From positions 1-62,899 of the forward strand of contig JAPVWO010000247.1 in NCBI GenBank assembly GCA_027493375.1: a DNA stretch of 62,899 bases, in the 5' to 3' direction. A program made the translations under genes and the position numbers. Every line of letters starts with the position of its first letter. Positions within the stretch are counted from its first letter, which is position 1. This DNA is from Candidatus Multivorans thiocomprendens (GTDB taxonomy: Bacteria; Acidobacteriota; Thermoanaerobaculia; Multivoradales; Multivoraceae). Below the pieces are notes generated by a model. The model worked only from the letters and a program-made list of their open reading frames with translations. It was not told where the DNA came from and did not search any database. Below, in pieces: positions 9,013-17,714 of this stretch.

Positions 9013-9798
9013 ATGAGCGACGGCGGTCCGGGCAACGGCGAATTGACGGTGGCGATCGGTGACGACCTGGTCGCCGAGATCGAGATCCACCGGCCGCCCA
9101 ACAACTTCTTCGATCTCGACCTGATCGGCGAACTGGCCACGGTGATCGGAGAACTCGACGAACGGGACGACTGCCGCGCGGCCGTGCTCTGCTCGGAGGG
9201 CAAGCACTTCTGCGCCGGCGCGAACCTGAACGCGCGGCGGGATGCGACCGGCGACGGCGGCGAGCGCCACCTCTACGACGAGGCGGTTCGCCTGTTCGAC
9301 ACGAAGACCCCGATCGTGGCCGCCGTCCAGGGCGCCGCGGTCGGCGGCGGTCTGGGGCTGGCGCTGATGCCGGACTTTCGCGTGGCCTGTCCCGAAGCGC
9401 GCTTCTCCGCCAACTTCGCCCGCCTGGGCTTCGTCCAGGGTTTCGGCCTGACCGTGACCCTGCCGCGCCTGGTCGGCCGCCAGCGGGCGATGGAGATGTT
9501 CTACACCGGCCGCCGGGTCAAGGGCGAGGAGGCGCACCGAATCGGTCTCTGCGACGACCTCGTGCCACTGGACCAGATTCGTGCACGTGCCCGGAAGCTC
9601 GCCGGGGAGATAGCGGTTTCGGCGCCGCTCGCGGTGCGTTCGATCCGGGAGATGATGCGGGGACGGCTGGCGGCGGAGATCCGCGGCGCCACGGACCACG
9701 AAAAGGCGGAACAGAACCGGCTGCGGCAGACCGCGGACTTCGCTGAAGGCGTGCGTGCCATGACGGAGCGGCGCCCGCCGCGGTTCGTCGGCGCTTGA
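9013..9798 (+). CDS. Enoyl-CoA hydratase/isomerase (crotonase) family protein
   Basis: FCAGANL and AAVQGAAVGGG oxyanion motifs; DFAEGVRAMTERRPPRF C-terminus; SD GAGGAG upstream. Confidence 0.92.
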   Translation: MSDGGPGNGELTVAIGDDLVAEIEIHRPPNNFFDLDLIGELATVIGELDERDDCRAAVLCSEGKHFCAGANLNARRDATGDGGERHLYDEAVRLFDTKTPIVAAVQGAAVGGGLGLALMPDFRVACPEARFSANFARLGFVQGFGLTVTLPRLVGRQRAMEMFYTGRRVKGEEAHRIGLCDDLVPLDQIRARARKLAGEIAVSAPLAVRSIREMMRGRLAAEIRGATDHEKAEQNRLRQTADFAEGVRAMTERRPPRFVGA

Positions 9799-9804
9799 CG
9801 GGAA

Positions 9805-11733
9805 TCAGGCGCCGGCCGCCGAGGCGAGGACGAAGGTCAGCCAGGCGCTCAGCCAGGCCAGGCCGTTCATGTACGCGAACGTGAAGGCGGGCCATCGCCA
9901 ACCCCCGGTCTCACGTCGGATCACGGCCAGCGTCGACATGCACTGCATGGCGAAGGCGAAGTAGACCAGCAGGGCCAGCGCCGAAGGGCGCGACAGGAGC
10001 GGCGGCGCGCCGCCTTCCCCGCTGCCCGCAAGCAGGACGCCGAGGCCCTCCCCGTCCTCTCCCTCGTGGGCGTAGATCTGCGCCAGGGTGGCAACCATCA
10101 CTTCGCGGGCCGCCTGCGAGGCGACCAGGCCCACGTTGATCCGCCAGTCGAAGTCCATGGGCGCGAAGACGGGCTCCAGCAGCCGCCCGGCGGAAGCCGC
10201 GTAGCTCCCCTCCAGAACCGCCCGCTGGTTCTCCGTCACGGAAAGTTGAGGGTCGGCCGGACGCCGTGGCAGGTTGAGCAGGAACCAGAGGACGACGCTG
10301 GCGGCCAGGATGATCGTGCCGGCCCGGCGCAGGAACAGCTTCGCCCGGTCCCAGACGCCGAGAGCGATGTCGCTCGGCCGTGGCAACCGGTAGGGCGGCA
10401 GTTCGAGGTAGAACGGCAACGTGGCGCCGCGCAGCAGACCGCGCTTGAACACGGCAGCCGACAGCAACGCGGCCCCGGTGCCCAGGAAGTAGAGGCCCGT
10501 CAGCGTGAGCCCCTGCCAGGTGAAGGGGCCGAACACCGGATCGGCTGGGATGAACGCCGCGATCAGCAGGATGTAGACGGGCAGCCGGGCCGAGCAGGTC
10601 GCGAATGGAGCGACCAGGATCGTCGTCAGCCGATCGCGCGGCGACGGGATCGTTCGGGTCGCCATGATGCCGGGCACGGCACAGGCATAGGAGGACAGCA
10701 GGGCGATGAAGCAGCGGCCCTCCAGTCCGACCCAACCCATCACGCGATCCACGACGAACGCGGCCCGGGCCATGTAGCCGCAGGCTTCCAGGAACAGGAT
10801 GACCGTGAACAGGAGCACGATCTGCGGGAGAAAGACGATCACCGCGCCGACACCGCGGATCACGCCGTCGGCGAGAAGCCGGGTGAGCGCCGTGTCCGGC
10901 AGCGTCGCCAGGACCCGGTCGGCGAGCCCGTCCATGAACCCGGACAGGAAGTCCATGGCGGGAGTGGCCCAGGTGAAGATGGCCTGGAAGAAGAACGCCA
11001 CGAAGGCCAGAAAGACCGCCGAGCCGATGGCCGGGTGAAGCAGGAAGCGGTCCAGGCGCCGGGTCCAGCGATTCGGTTCCGGGGCCTGCCGGCGGCAGGC
11101 GCCCAGAACGTCGCTCGCCCAGCCGAACCGGTCCTCCGGCGTCTTCGCCTCCGCACCGTGCAGCAGGCCGGGACTCGGGGTCCAGTCCCAGGACGAGCTG
11201 ACCAACGTGCCGAGATCGTCGATGCCGAGACCGCGGTTGCCGACCACTCCAACCACCGGCACGCCGAGTTCCTCCTCGAGTTCCTTCAGGTCGATCTCGC
11301 CGTGTCGCGCCTTCAGTTCGTCAATCATCGTCAAGGCGACACAGACCGGAAGGCCCAGGCCGGCGGCCTCGGCCAGGAGAGGCAAACCCCGTTCGATCGT
11401 CGTGGAGTCGACGACCACCACGACGCCGTCCGGCGGCGCCTCGCCGAAACCTCCCGCGAGCACCTGGACCGCGACCGTCTCGTCTTCCGACTGCGGCTGC
11501 AAGCTGTAGACGCCGGGCAGGTCGATCAGCCGGACATCGTCGGCCCCGAATCTTCGCTGGAGGTCGCCCTCGCGGCGGTCGACCGTGACACCCGGATAGT
11601 TCCCCGCCTTGGCCCGATGCCCGGTGAGGGCGTTGAACAGGGTCGTCTTGCCCGAGTTCGGCGCCCCCAGGATCGCGACACGCCCCGGCCGCTTCGGGGG
11701 CACGCTCGGTCGCAGCCGAACCAGTGCGGTCAT
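9805..11733 (-). CDS. feoB: Ferrous iron transporter B
   Basis: GAPNSGKT, NYPGVT, DLPG GTPase motifs; membrane domain with CAVPGIMATR, CSARLPVY, ELPPY. Confidence 0.96.
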   Translation of the reverse strand: MTALVRLRPSVPPKRPGRVAILGAPNSGKTTLFNALTGHRAKAGNYPGVTVDRREGDLQRRFGADDVRLIDLPGVYSLQPQSEDETVAVQVLAGGFGEAPPDGVVVVVDSTTIERGLPLLAEAAGLGLPVCVALTMIDELKARHGEIDLKELEEELGVPVVGVVGNRGLGIDDLGTLVSSSWDWTPSPGLLHGAEAKTPEDRFGWASDVLGACRRQAPEPNRWTRRLDRFLLHPAIGSAVFLAFVAFFFQAIFTWATPAMDFLSGFMDGLADRVLATLPDTALTRLLADGVIRGVGAVIVFLPQIVLLFTVILFLEACGYMARAAFVVDRVMGWVGLEGRCFIALLSSYACAVPGIMATRTIPSPRDRLTTILVAPFATCSARLPVYILLIAAFIPADPVFGPFTWQGLTLTGLYFLGTGAALLSAAVFKRGLLRGATLPFYLELPPYRLPRPSDIALGVWDRAKLFLRRAGTIILAASVVLWFLLNLPRRPADPQLSVTENQRAVLEGSYAASAGRLLEPVFAPMDFDWRINVGLVASQAAREVMVATLAQIYAHEGEDGEGLGVLLAGSGEGGAPPLLSRPSALALLVYFAFAMQCMSTLAVIRRETGGWRWPAFTFAYMNGLAWLSAWLTFVLASAAGA

Positions 11734-11975
11734 TCGGCGACCCGATGGACCCGGATCCGCCTCGCCTCGCTGCGGCGCAGGCTCAGGAGCGCACCGCGAA
11801 GCTCGTACATCGCGGGATCGCCGAGCGGCGCCCGGCGAACGAACCGGATCGGCGCTCCGGCGCAGAAGCCGATCTCCCGGAGGCGTCTGCTGTCGGCGCC
11901 GGTGCCGGTTACCTCGGCGATTTCAAGCAACCGCTCATCGCTGGCGTCGGCCACGTCGGCCAGTGTTCGGTCCAT
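11730..11975 (-). CDS. feoA: Ferrous iron transport protein A
   Basis: RRLREIGF...RRAPLGDP...LSLRRSEA; ATGA overlap with feoB. Confidence 0.93.
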   Translation of the reverse strand: MDRTLADVADASDERLLEIAEVTGTGADSRRLREIGFCAGAPIRFVRRAPLGDPAMYELRGALLSLRRSEARRIRVHRVAE

Positions 11976-12032
11976 TTCGGACCGGGAGAGTACCAGTTGC
12001 CGGTCGACGTTGTCTGCGTCGTCAGGAAACCG

Positions 12033-12120
12033 TGGTGCCGGAGGCGGGATTCGAACCCGCACGCCCTCAGAGGGACGGGGGATTTTAAGTCCCCTGCGTC
12101 TGCCGTTTCGCCACTCCGGC
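12033..12120 (-). tRNA. tRNA-Leu(TAA)
   Basis: Reverse complement GCCGGAGTGGCGAAACGG...GGGGACTTAAAATCCCC...GGTTCGAATCCC...GGCACCA. Confidence 0.97.
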
Positions 12121-12162
12121 CCCTTCCGGTGCGAGGTGAACTCGCGCCGCGAGTCGAGGGTC

Positions 12163-12237
12163 TGGAGGCGACGGCCGGATTCGAACCGGCGAATAAGGGT
12201 TTTGCAGACCCTCGCCTTACCACTTGGCCACGTCGCC
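12163..12237 (-). tRNA. tRNA-Cys(GCA)
   Basis: Anticodon arm AGGGT-CTGCAAA-ACCCT, T-arm GGTTCGAATCC, ends TCCA. Confidence 0.97.
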
Positions 12238-12278
12238 TCGGGGGACCTCGCCGCCGGTTTCAGGCCGCATGGATCGCG

Positions 12279-12353
12279 TGGAGCGGGAAACGGGATTCGA
12301 ACCCGCGACCCCAACCTTGGCAAGGTTGTGCTCTACCACTGAGCTACTCCCGC
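12279..12353 (-). tRNA. tRNA-Gly(GCC)
   Basis: GCGGGAGTAGCTCAGTGGTAGAGC, anticodon arm CAACC-TTGCCAA-GGTTG, ends TCCA; first gene of a Gly-Cys-Leu cluster. Confidence 0.97.
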
Positions 12354-12397
12354 GCCCGAGCGAACCCGGCCGTGCAACCGGCAGGCCCTGATGCGCG

Positions 12398-12427
12398 AGA
12401 ATACGGCCCTCGTCTCGACAGTGTCAA
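12398..12427 (-). promoter_or_regulatory. Sigma70-type promoter of the Gly-Cys-Leu tRNA operon
   Basis: TTGACA (12427-12422), 18 bp spacer, TATTCT (12403-12398). Confidence 0.75.
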
Positions 12428-12440
12428 CTCGCCGCGCCCC

Positions 12441-12857
12441 TCAGAGCCAGCTCCGGCGCCCGGCGTCGTCGACCGTGAAGGCGTCGGGATAGTGGGTGAA
12501 GGTCCAGTCCCCTTCGTCCTCCGACCAGGTCGCCGTCACGACGTCAAAGCGGCAGGGCTTCCGGCGCAAACCCGAGTGTTCAGGCTGGCACAGAAAGGCC
12601 TCCGCGGCCCGTACCACTCGTCCGCGTTTTCGGCGGTCCACGGCCGCCGCCCCGCCGCCGTATCGGGAGTCGAAGCGCGCCTTGACCTCCACGAAGCAGA
12701 GGGTGTCGCCGTCCAGTGTGATCAGGTCGAGTTCCCCGACCGGCGAGTTGAAGTTCCGCTCCAGAATCCGGTGACCTCCGGACTCGAGCAGTTTGGCTGC
12801 GGCCCGCTCGGCCTCCCCGCCGCTCAGGCGCCGCGGCGATTCCCTCCGAGCGCCCAC
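12441..12857 (-). CDS. YraN/UPF0102 family putative endonuclease
   Basis: GGEAERAA, ILERNF, GELDLI, FVEVKAR, CRFDVV motifs. Confidence 0.9.
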   Translation of the reverse strand: MGARRESPRRLSGGEAERAAAKLLESGGHRILERNFNSPVGELDLITLDGDTLCFVEVKARFDSRYGGGAAAVDRRKRGRVVRAAEAFLCQPEHSGLRRKPCRFDVVTATWSEDEGDWTFTHYPDAFTVDDAGRRSWL

Positions 12858-12870
12858 CGCTTTCCGTCCC

Positions 12871-14289
12871 TCAGGCCCGCTTCCAGCGGCTGCCGTCAGG
12901 CGTGTCCTCCACTACCACGCCAGCCTCGCTCAACTGGTCGCGGATGCGGTCCGCGGCAGCGAAGTTGCGGCTGGCTCTCGCGTCGCTCCGGGCCTCGACC
13001 AGGGCGTCGATCTCGGCATCGCTCAGCCCGCCCCCGGCTTCCGGGGACCCGGCCCATTCCCCCGCGTCCAGTACGGCCAGGACCTGATCGGCGCGGTCCA
13101 GGGCAGCCTGGACCCGGGCCCTGGCGCCATGTGGCAGACCGTGGTCGATGAACCCGTTCACCGCATGCACGAACGTGAAGACCGCGCCCAGCGCGGCAGC
13201 GGTGTTCAGGTCGTCGGCGAGGGCCGCCGCGAAGGCGTTTTCGAAATCGTCAGCGGCGAGATCCAGTGAAGCCGAATCGCCGTCCTTCTCCGCTTCGTGG
13301 GCGAGCCTGAAGCGCATGTCGTCGATGCGCTTCAACGCACGGCCGGCCTCCGCCAGCTTGTCGAAGGTGAAGTCCAGTTGCTGGCGGTAGTGCACCGACG
13401 CCAGCAGATAGCGGATCGACCGGGCGGGAAGGCCCCGGTCGAGAAGGTCGCCCAGGGTGTAGCAATTGCCGAGGGACTTGGACATCTTCTCGCCGTCCAC
13501 CGTCAGGTGCTCCGAGTGAAGCCAGTAGCGCGCCAGCGGACAGCAGTTGGCCGACTCGCTCTGGGCGATCTCGTTCTCGTGGTGGGGAAAGAGGTTGTCC
13601 ACGCCGCCGCAGTGGATATCGAACGTCTTGCCCAGGTACTTCTGACTCATCGCCGAGCATTCGATGTGCCATCCCGGCCGTCCCGGACCCCAGGGTGACG
13701 GCCACTCGGGTTCGCCCTCCTTCGCCCCCTTCCAGAGGACGAAATCGCGCGCATCCTGCTTGCCGTACTCGTCGCTCTGGACGCGCTGGCCGCGCCGCAC
13801 CTGATCGAGATCGATCCCCGACAGCTTTCCGTAGTCGTGGTCGGCCGCGATCCGGAAGAAGACCGAGTCGTCGGCGCGGTAGGCGTAGCCGGCCGCCAGC
13901 AGACGCTCGATCATGGCGATCATCTCGGCGACGTGTTCGGTCGCCCGCGGGTAGTGCTCTACCCGTTCCACGCGAAGGGCGGCCAGGTCCTCGAAGAACG
14001 ATTCGACATGGGGCGCGGTGAAGGCGTCGATGTCGACTTCCGCCTCGAGCGCCGCAGCGATGATCTTGTCCTCGACATCGGTGAGGTTCATCGCCTGGGT
14101 TACGCGGTAGCCGAAGAACCGGAGCGTGCGGCGGAGAATGTCCTCGAAGATGAACGTGCGCAGGTTGCCGATGTGTATCCGGTCGTAGACCGTCGGGCCG
14201 CAGGTGTAGAGCCCGACATGAGCCGGTTCGAGCGGCTCGAACTCCTGAAGGCGCCGTCCGAGGGAGTTGAAGAATTTCACGGGCTTCAT
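12871..14289 (-). CDS. cysS: Cysteine--tRNA ligase
   Basis: YTCGPTVYD, HIGN, GRPGWHIECSAM, FPHHENE, KMSKS. Confidence 0.98.
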   Translation of the reverse strand: MKPVKFFNSLGRRLQEFEPLEPAHVGLYTCGPTVYDRIHIGNLRTFIFEDILRRTLRFFGYRVTQAMNLTDVEDKIIAAALEAEVDIDAFTAPHVESFFEDLAALRVERVEHYPRATEHVAEMIAMIERLLAAGYAYRADDSVFFRIAADHDYGKLSGIDLDQVRRGQRVQSDEYGKQDARDFVLWKGAKEGEPEWPSPWGPGRPGWHIECSAMSQKYLGKTFDIHCGGVDNLFPHHENEIAQSESANCCPLARYWLHSEHLTVDGEKMSKSLGNCYTLGDLLDRGLPARSIRYLLASVHYRQQLDFTFDKLAEAGRALKRIDDMRFRLAHEAEKDGDSASLDLAADDFENAFAAALADDLNTAAALGAVFTFVHAVNGFIDHGLPHGARARVQAALDRADQVLAVLDAGEWAGSPEAGGGLSDAEIDALVEARSDARASRNFAAADRIRDQLSEAGVVVEDTPDGSRWKRA

Positions 14290-14382
14290 CGGCGACTCGG
14301 AGCGGTCAGGCCTGAAGGAGCGACAGTAGCAACGCGCATCGATCCGGGTCCAGGTGTCGGGCCACCGGTTCGGGGATCGGAC

Positions 14383-14898
14383 TCAGAGGTCGACGACGAC
14401 GGTTCCTCCGTGCCAGTTCAGGGCCAGCCGGTCGCCGAAACTGTCGAAGGCCTCCTCGCCGCTGAAGTCGAAGCGGCCGTTGCCGTTGGCGATGGCCGTG
14501 AAGCGGGCGACGAGGATGGCGCCGCCACCCGACAGGCCGGCAACCGGTCCAAGGTGAGTAGCGCCCACGAGGAGTCGACCCGCTCCCGCCTCCCGCGCCT
14601 CCAGACTGGGGAAGACGCCCGGCCCGGGACTTTCGTAGCGAAGCAGGTCCGCCGGAAACCGGAGTTCGAAGCTCACGCCGTAAAGATCGTCGACGCCGAC
14701 GGCGTAGACCTCGATCTCGAGCGTCGACCCGCTGGCGCTACCGCGGAGAGCGATCGCGGCATCGTCGGGCGTCGCAGGCGAGAAAGCAACGCCCCTGGCG
14801 GTGACCGGATTCGCAGGAGCGGTCGGACTCCCTCCCCCACTCTCGCAGGCGGGCAGGACCATCGTGGCGAACACCGTCGCTGCCATCGGAACGCGCAC
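14383..14898 (-). CDS. Lipoprotein with cohesin-like beta-sandwich domain
   Basis: Lipobox LPA-C followed by a Gly/Ser/Pro linker; DLYGVSFELRFPADLL and SGGGAILVARFTAIANG resemble cohesin-like domains. Confidence 0.6.
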   Translation of the reverse strand: MRVPMAATVFATMVLPACESGGGSPTAPANPVTARGVAFSPATPDDAAIALRGSASGSTLEIEVYAVGVDDLYGVSFELRFPADLLRYESPGPGVFPSLEAREAGAGRLLVGATHLGPVAGLSGGGAILVARFTAIANGNGRFDFSGEEAFDSFGDRLALNWHGGTVVVDL

Positions 14899-14922
14899 CG
14901 GTCGCGACGGACGAGAAGGGTC

Positions 14923-15450
14923 TCAGTTGCCGCCGGCGACGGCCGGTTCGAGTGACCGCAGACGGCGGAGGAAACTCCTGGCACGCTGCCGCCGCAGCCC
15001 ACGGAGACGGTCGACGAACAGGACGCCGTCCAGGTGGTCCAACTCGTGCTGGATCGCCCTCGCTTCGAGCTCGTCCGCGGCGATTTCGTACGGCTCCCCT
15101 TCCAGGTCGTGAGAGACAACGCGGACGGAGGCGGGGCGTGTGACCTGCTCCGTGAAGTCGGGAATCGACAGGCAGCCTTCCTTGTCCGTGGCGGCGCCTG
15201 CGACATCGAGGATCTCCGGGTTCACGAGCACCCGAACCGCCTCCGGATCCACGCCCGCCGTGGCATCCACCACCGCCACGCGCAATTCCACACCGACCTG
15301 GGGCGCCGCGAGGCCGACTCCGGGGGCGTCGTGCATCGTCAGGATCATGTCCTCGACCAGGCGTTTCAGATCGGAACCGAACTCCTCCACGGGCGCGCAT
15401 CGCGTCCGCAGCACCGGATCCGGGTATTGACGAATGGGAAGGACGGGCAT
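14923..15450 (-). CDS. def: Peptide deformylase
   Basis: GVGLAAPQVG, EGCLS, HELDH. Confidence 0.98.
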   Translation of the reverse strand: MPVLPIRQYPDPVLRTRCAPVEEFGSDLKRLVEDMILTMHDAPGVGLAAPQVGVELRVAVVDATAGVDPEAVRVLVNPEILDVAGAATDKEGCLSIPDFTEQVTRPASVRVVSHDLEGEPYEIAADELEARAIQHELDHLDGVLFVDRLRGLRRQRARSFLRRLRSLEPAVAGGN

Positions 15451-15707
15451 GGGCTACGCGGCCGACGCTGGGCTGGTGGCATCATACGAAAAGGCGCCAT
15501 CCACCATTCCGGCCGTCCCCTGGAGGTGACAGGCGCGTCCCGCTCGAACCGCGCCGGTCCGCGGTGAAGACTCTCGAAGTCGCGTCGAGCGACCGGAATC
15601 GTCCGTCTCTCCGGAAACCAACGGGAATCGTCTCCCTGGCACGCAGTTTGCTGATTGCCGGAAGTGGTAGCTTCACACTGGCTCCGATTCCACAGGGGGA
15701 CCGAGAG

Positions 15708-17690
15708 ATGAGACACATGCTTCCGATCAGCGTCCTCGTGCCGCCGCTCGTCCTTGCCGCATCCGCCGTCCGGGCAGCGAATACTCCTGGCCAGGAACAG
15801 GCGGAGGGCCTCACGGGCGTCTACAGTTTCGTCGGCGCGCTGGACGGAGACGCGACCCTGTTCGCGGCCCGTTCGGGCGCCAAGAGCGAACTTGAACTCC
15901 ACTTGCCGATTCTGCGAGGCGACCGGATCTGGACGACGCCGAGCGCGCGACTCGCGGTCCTCATGTCGGACCGTTCGATCCTGGCCCTGGACCACGACTC
16001 GGAGATCACTCTTGAACGGATCGCCGGATCGCCGGACGGCGAAGACCACGACTCGCTCTACGTCCTGCACCGGGGCCGGCTGAGCCTGGAGGTCGAAAGT
16101 CACCTTCTCGAATCGGAGTTGCCGGTCGTGGACACAGCCAACGCCAGGGTCTACGTGAAGCAGGACGGCCGCTACCAGATTCACAGCGACGGAAGCCGCT
16201 GGACCGAGGTGACGGTTCTCTCCGGATTCGCGGAAGTCGTGACGCAGCGGGGATCGGTGATCGTCCGCGGCGGCGAGACGCTCGTGGCCAACGGTCTCGA
16301 CAATCCCTGGATCGAGCTCCAGAGCGGCGCAGGGGCGGCTGCTGCCGCGCTCGATGACTGGACGGAAGGCCATCGGGCCGGTCTCGTGGCCTATGCCGCC
16401 GTCGATGCGGGCGGTTACCGCGACGCGCTGGGCGCGCATGGCGAGTGGGTCGAGGTCGACGATCGACGGGCCTGGAAGCCGCGCGTCGAGCAGAACTGGC
16501 AGCCCTACAGCCGGGGCCGGTGGACGGACACTCCGGCCGGGCTCTACTGGGTGGCTCGGGATCCCTGGGGTCCGCTCACCTACCACTACGGCAGTTGGAA
16601 CCGGCATCCGGCCTGGGGGTGGCTCTGGTTCCCGGGTCTGAGGTACGCCCCCAGCCACGTCTACTGGTACTGGGGGCCGTCCTACGTCGGCTGGATTCCG
16701 CGCGGCTACTACCAGCACTACTACCGGGGTCTGGGCTACGGTCTCCGTTTCGGGCTCTACGGCTGGGCCGGCGGTTACTGGGATCCGTTCAACACCTGGA
16801 TCTTCTGCCCGACCGGTTACTTCGGCTACGGTCGTGGCTACACCTACGGCCGTTCCCTCCGGCGCCACCATCCCAAACTCGAACGCGGCATCATCACGAC
16901 GGACACCCGCGGCATCGACCGCCGGAACTGGCGCGACCCGGCAGCGGCACAGCGAATCCTGATCAAGCGGCGCGGCGGACTGGACGAGGGCGAACTCCCG
17001 AACGCCGACAGCTTCGTGGCGCGACGTCCCGACCTCGATCCCTCGTTCCGAGGCGAGATCAGGCGTAGCGATGGCGACCCTGCCGTCGTGTCCGTGCGGC
17101 GCGCGCGGCCTTCCGGGGACAGTTCCGGGTTGACGAGCGTCACGGCCGGTGGCGTCCGGGCGGCGCCCTCGAGCCGGGCGACCCGGGCCGGCGTGGTCCG
17201 GGACGGCGGTACGAACGTCGGGATCCGGCGAGCCGCTCCGGTTCCTGCGACCGAGGACGACGGTTCCGCGAAGCCGAGCGTGTCCGTCAAGGCAGCGCCA
17301 GCGAGCCCTGGCGCCGCGCCTGCACCGAGCCGGCGGCCGACGGCCGGTCGACGCGTGCTGGACGCCATTCGGAGCCGGGACGGCGGTTCGAGTCCCACAC
17401 GGGTGCGATCGACGCCCCGGAGTTCAACGCCCACGACGGCGCCGCCCACGAGGGTCCGGTCGACGCCGCGGAGTTCGACGCCCAGGGCGGCGCCGCCCAC
17501 GAGGGTCCGGTCGACACCGCGAGCCTCTACCCCCAGGTCGTCCTCGCGGCCGGCACGGGTGCGGTCGTCCAGCCCCAGGAGTTCGTCGCCGCGGTCTTCC
17601 TCGCCGCCGCCCTCTTCCTCGCCCTCTTCTTCCCCCTCCTCCCCGCCGCCTTCAGGCGGCGGCGGACGGACGCCGCCGTTCGCGCCCTGA
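15708..17690 (+). CDS. Exported FecR-like + DUF6600-like protein with disordered R/S/P-rich tail
   Basis: Signal peptide from ATG 15708; FecR-like region (GDRIWT...DTANA); Trp/Tyr-rich LGAHGEW...WQPYSRGRW...PWGPLTYHYGSW; low-complexity tail. Confidence 0.75.
   Translation: MRHMLPISVLVPPLVLAASAVRAANTPGQEQAEGLTGVYSFVGALDGDATLFAARSGAKSELELHLPILRGDRIWTTPSARLAVLMSDRSILALDHDSEITLERIAGSPDGEDHDSLYVLHRGRLSLEVESHLLESELPVVDTANARVYVKQDGRYQIHSDGSRWTEVTVLSGFAEVVTQRGSVIVRGGETLVANGLDNPWIELQSGAGAAAAALDDWTEGHRAGLVAYAAVDAGGYRDALGAHGEWVEVDDRRAWKPRVEQNWQPYSRGRWTDTPAGLYWVARDPWGPLTYHYGSWNRHPAWGWLWFPGLRYAPSHVYWYWGPSYVGWIPRGYYQHYYRGLGYGLRFGLYGWAGGYWDPFNTWIFCPTGYFGYGRGYTYGRSLRRHHPKLERGIITTDTRGIDRRNWRDPAAAQRILIKRRGGLDEGELPNADSFVARRPDLDPSFRGEIRRSDGDPAVVSVRRARPSGDSSGLTSVTAGGVRAAPSSRATRAGVVRDGGTNVGIRRAAPVPATEDDGSAKPSVSVKAAPASPGAAPAPSRRPTAGRRVLDAIRSRDGGSSPTRVRSTPRSSTPTTAPPTRVRSTPRSSTPRAAPPTRVRSTPRASTPRSSSRPARVRSSSPRSSSPRSSSPPPSSSPSSSPSSPPPSGGGGRTPPFAP
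17394..17537 (+). repeat. Intragenic tandem repeat, 51 bp unit, about 3 copies
   Basis: Encodes PTRVRSTPRSSTPTTAP / PTRVRSTPRSSTPRAAP / PTRVRSTPRASTPR. Confidence 0.85.
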
Positions 17691-17714
17691 CAACGGCCTG
17701 ATGCCCGGCGGGCC

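Noticed and set aside
668-12032. Genomic island integrated at either tRNA-Leu 3' end
   Set aside because: The region holds core genes (purC, alr, dnaB), has no integrase, and shows no direct repeat of a tRNA 3' end.
11976-12323. N-terminal extension of feoA in the ORF track
   Set aside because: It runs through three tRNA genes; FeoA similarity starts at ATG 11975.
17385-17395. GGTTCGAGTCC T-loop-like motif
   Set aside because: It is in frame within a coding region and has no cloverleaf; not a tRNA fragment or att site.
17394-17537. Possible CRISPR-like repeats
   Set aside because: Contiguous in-frame degenerate repeats with no unique spacers; no cas genes in the window.
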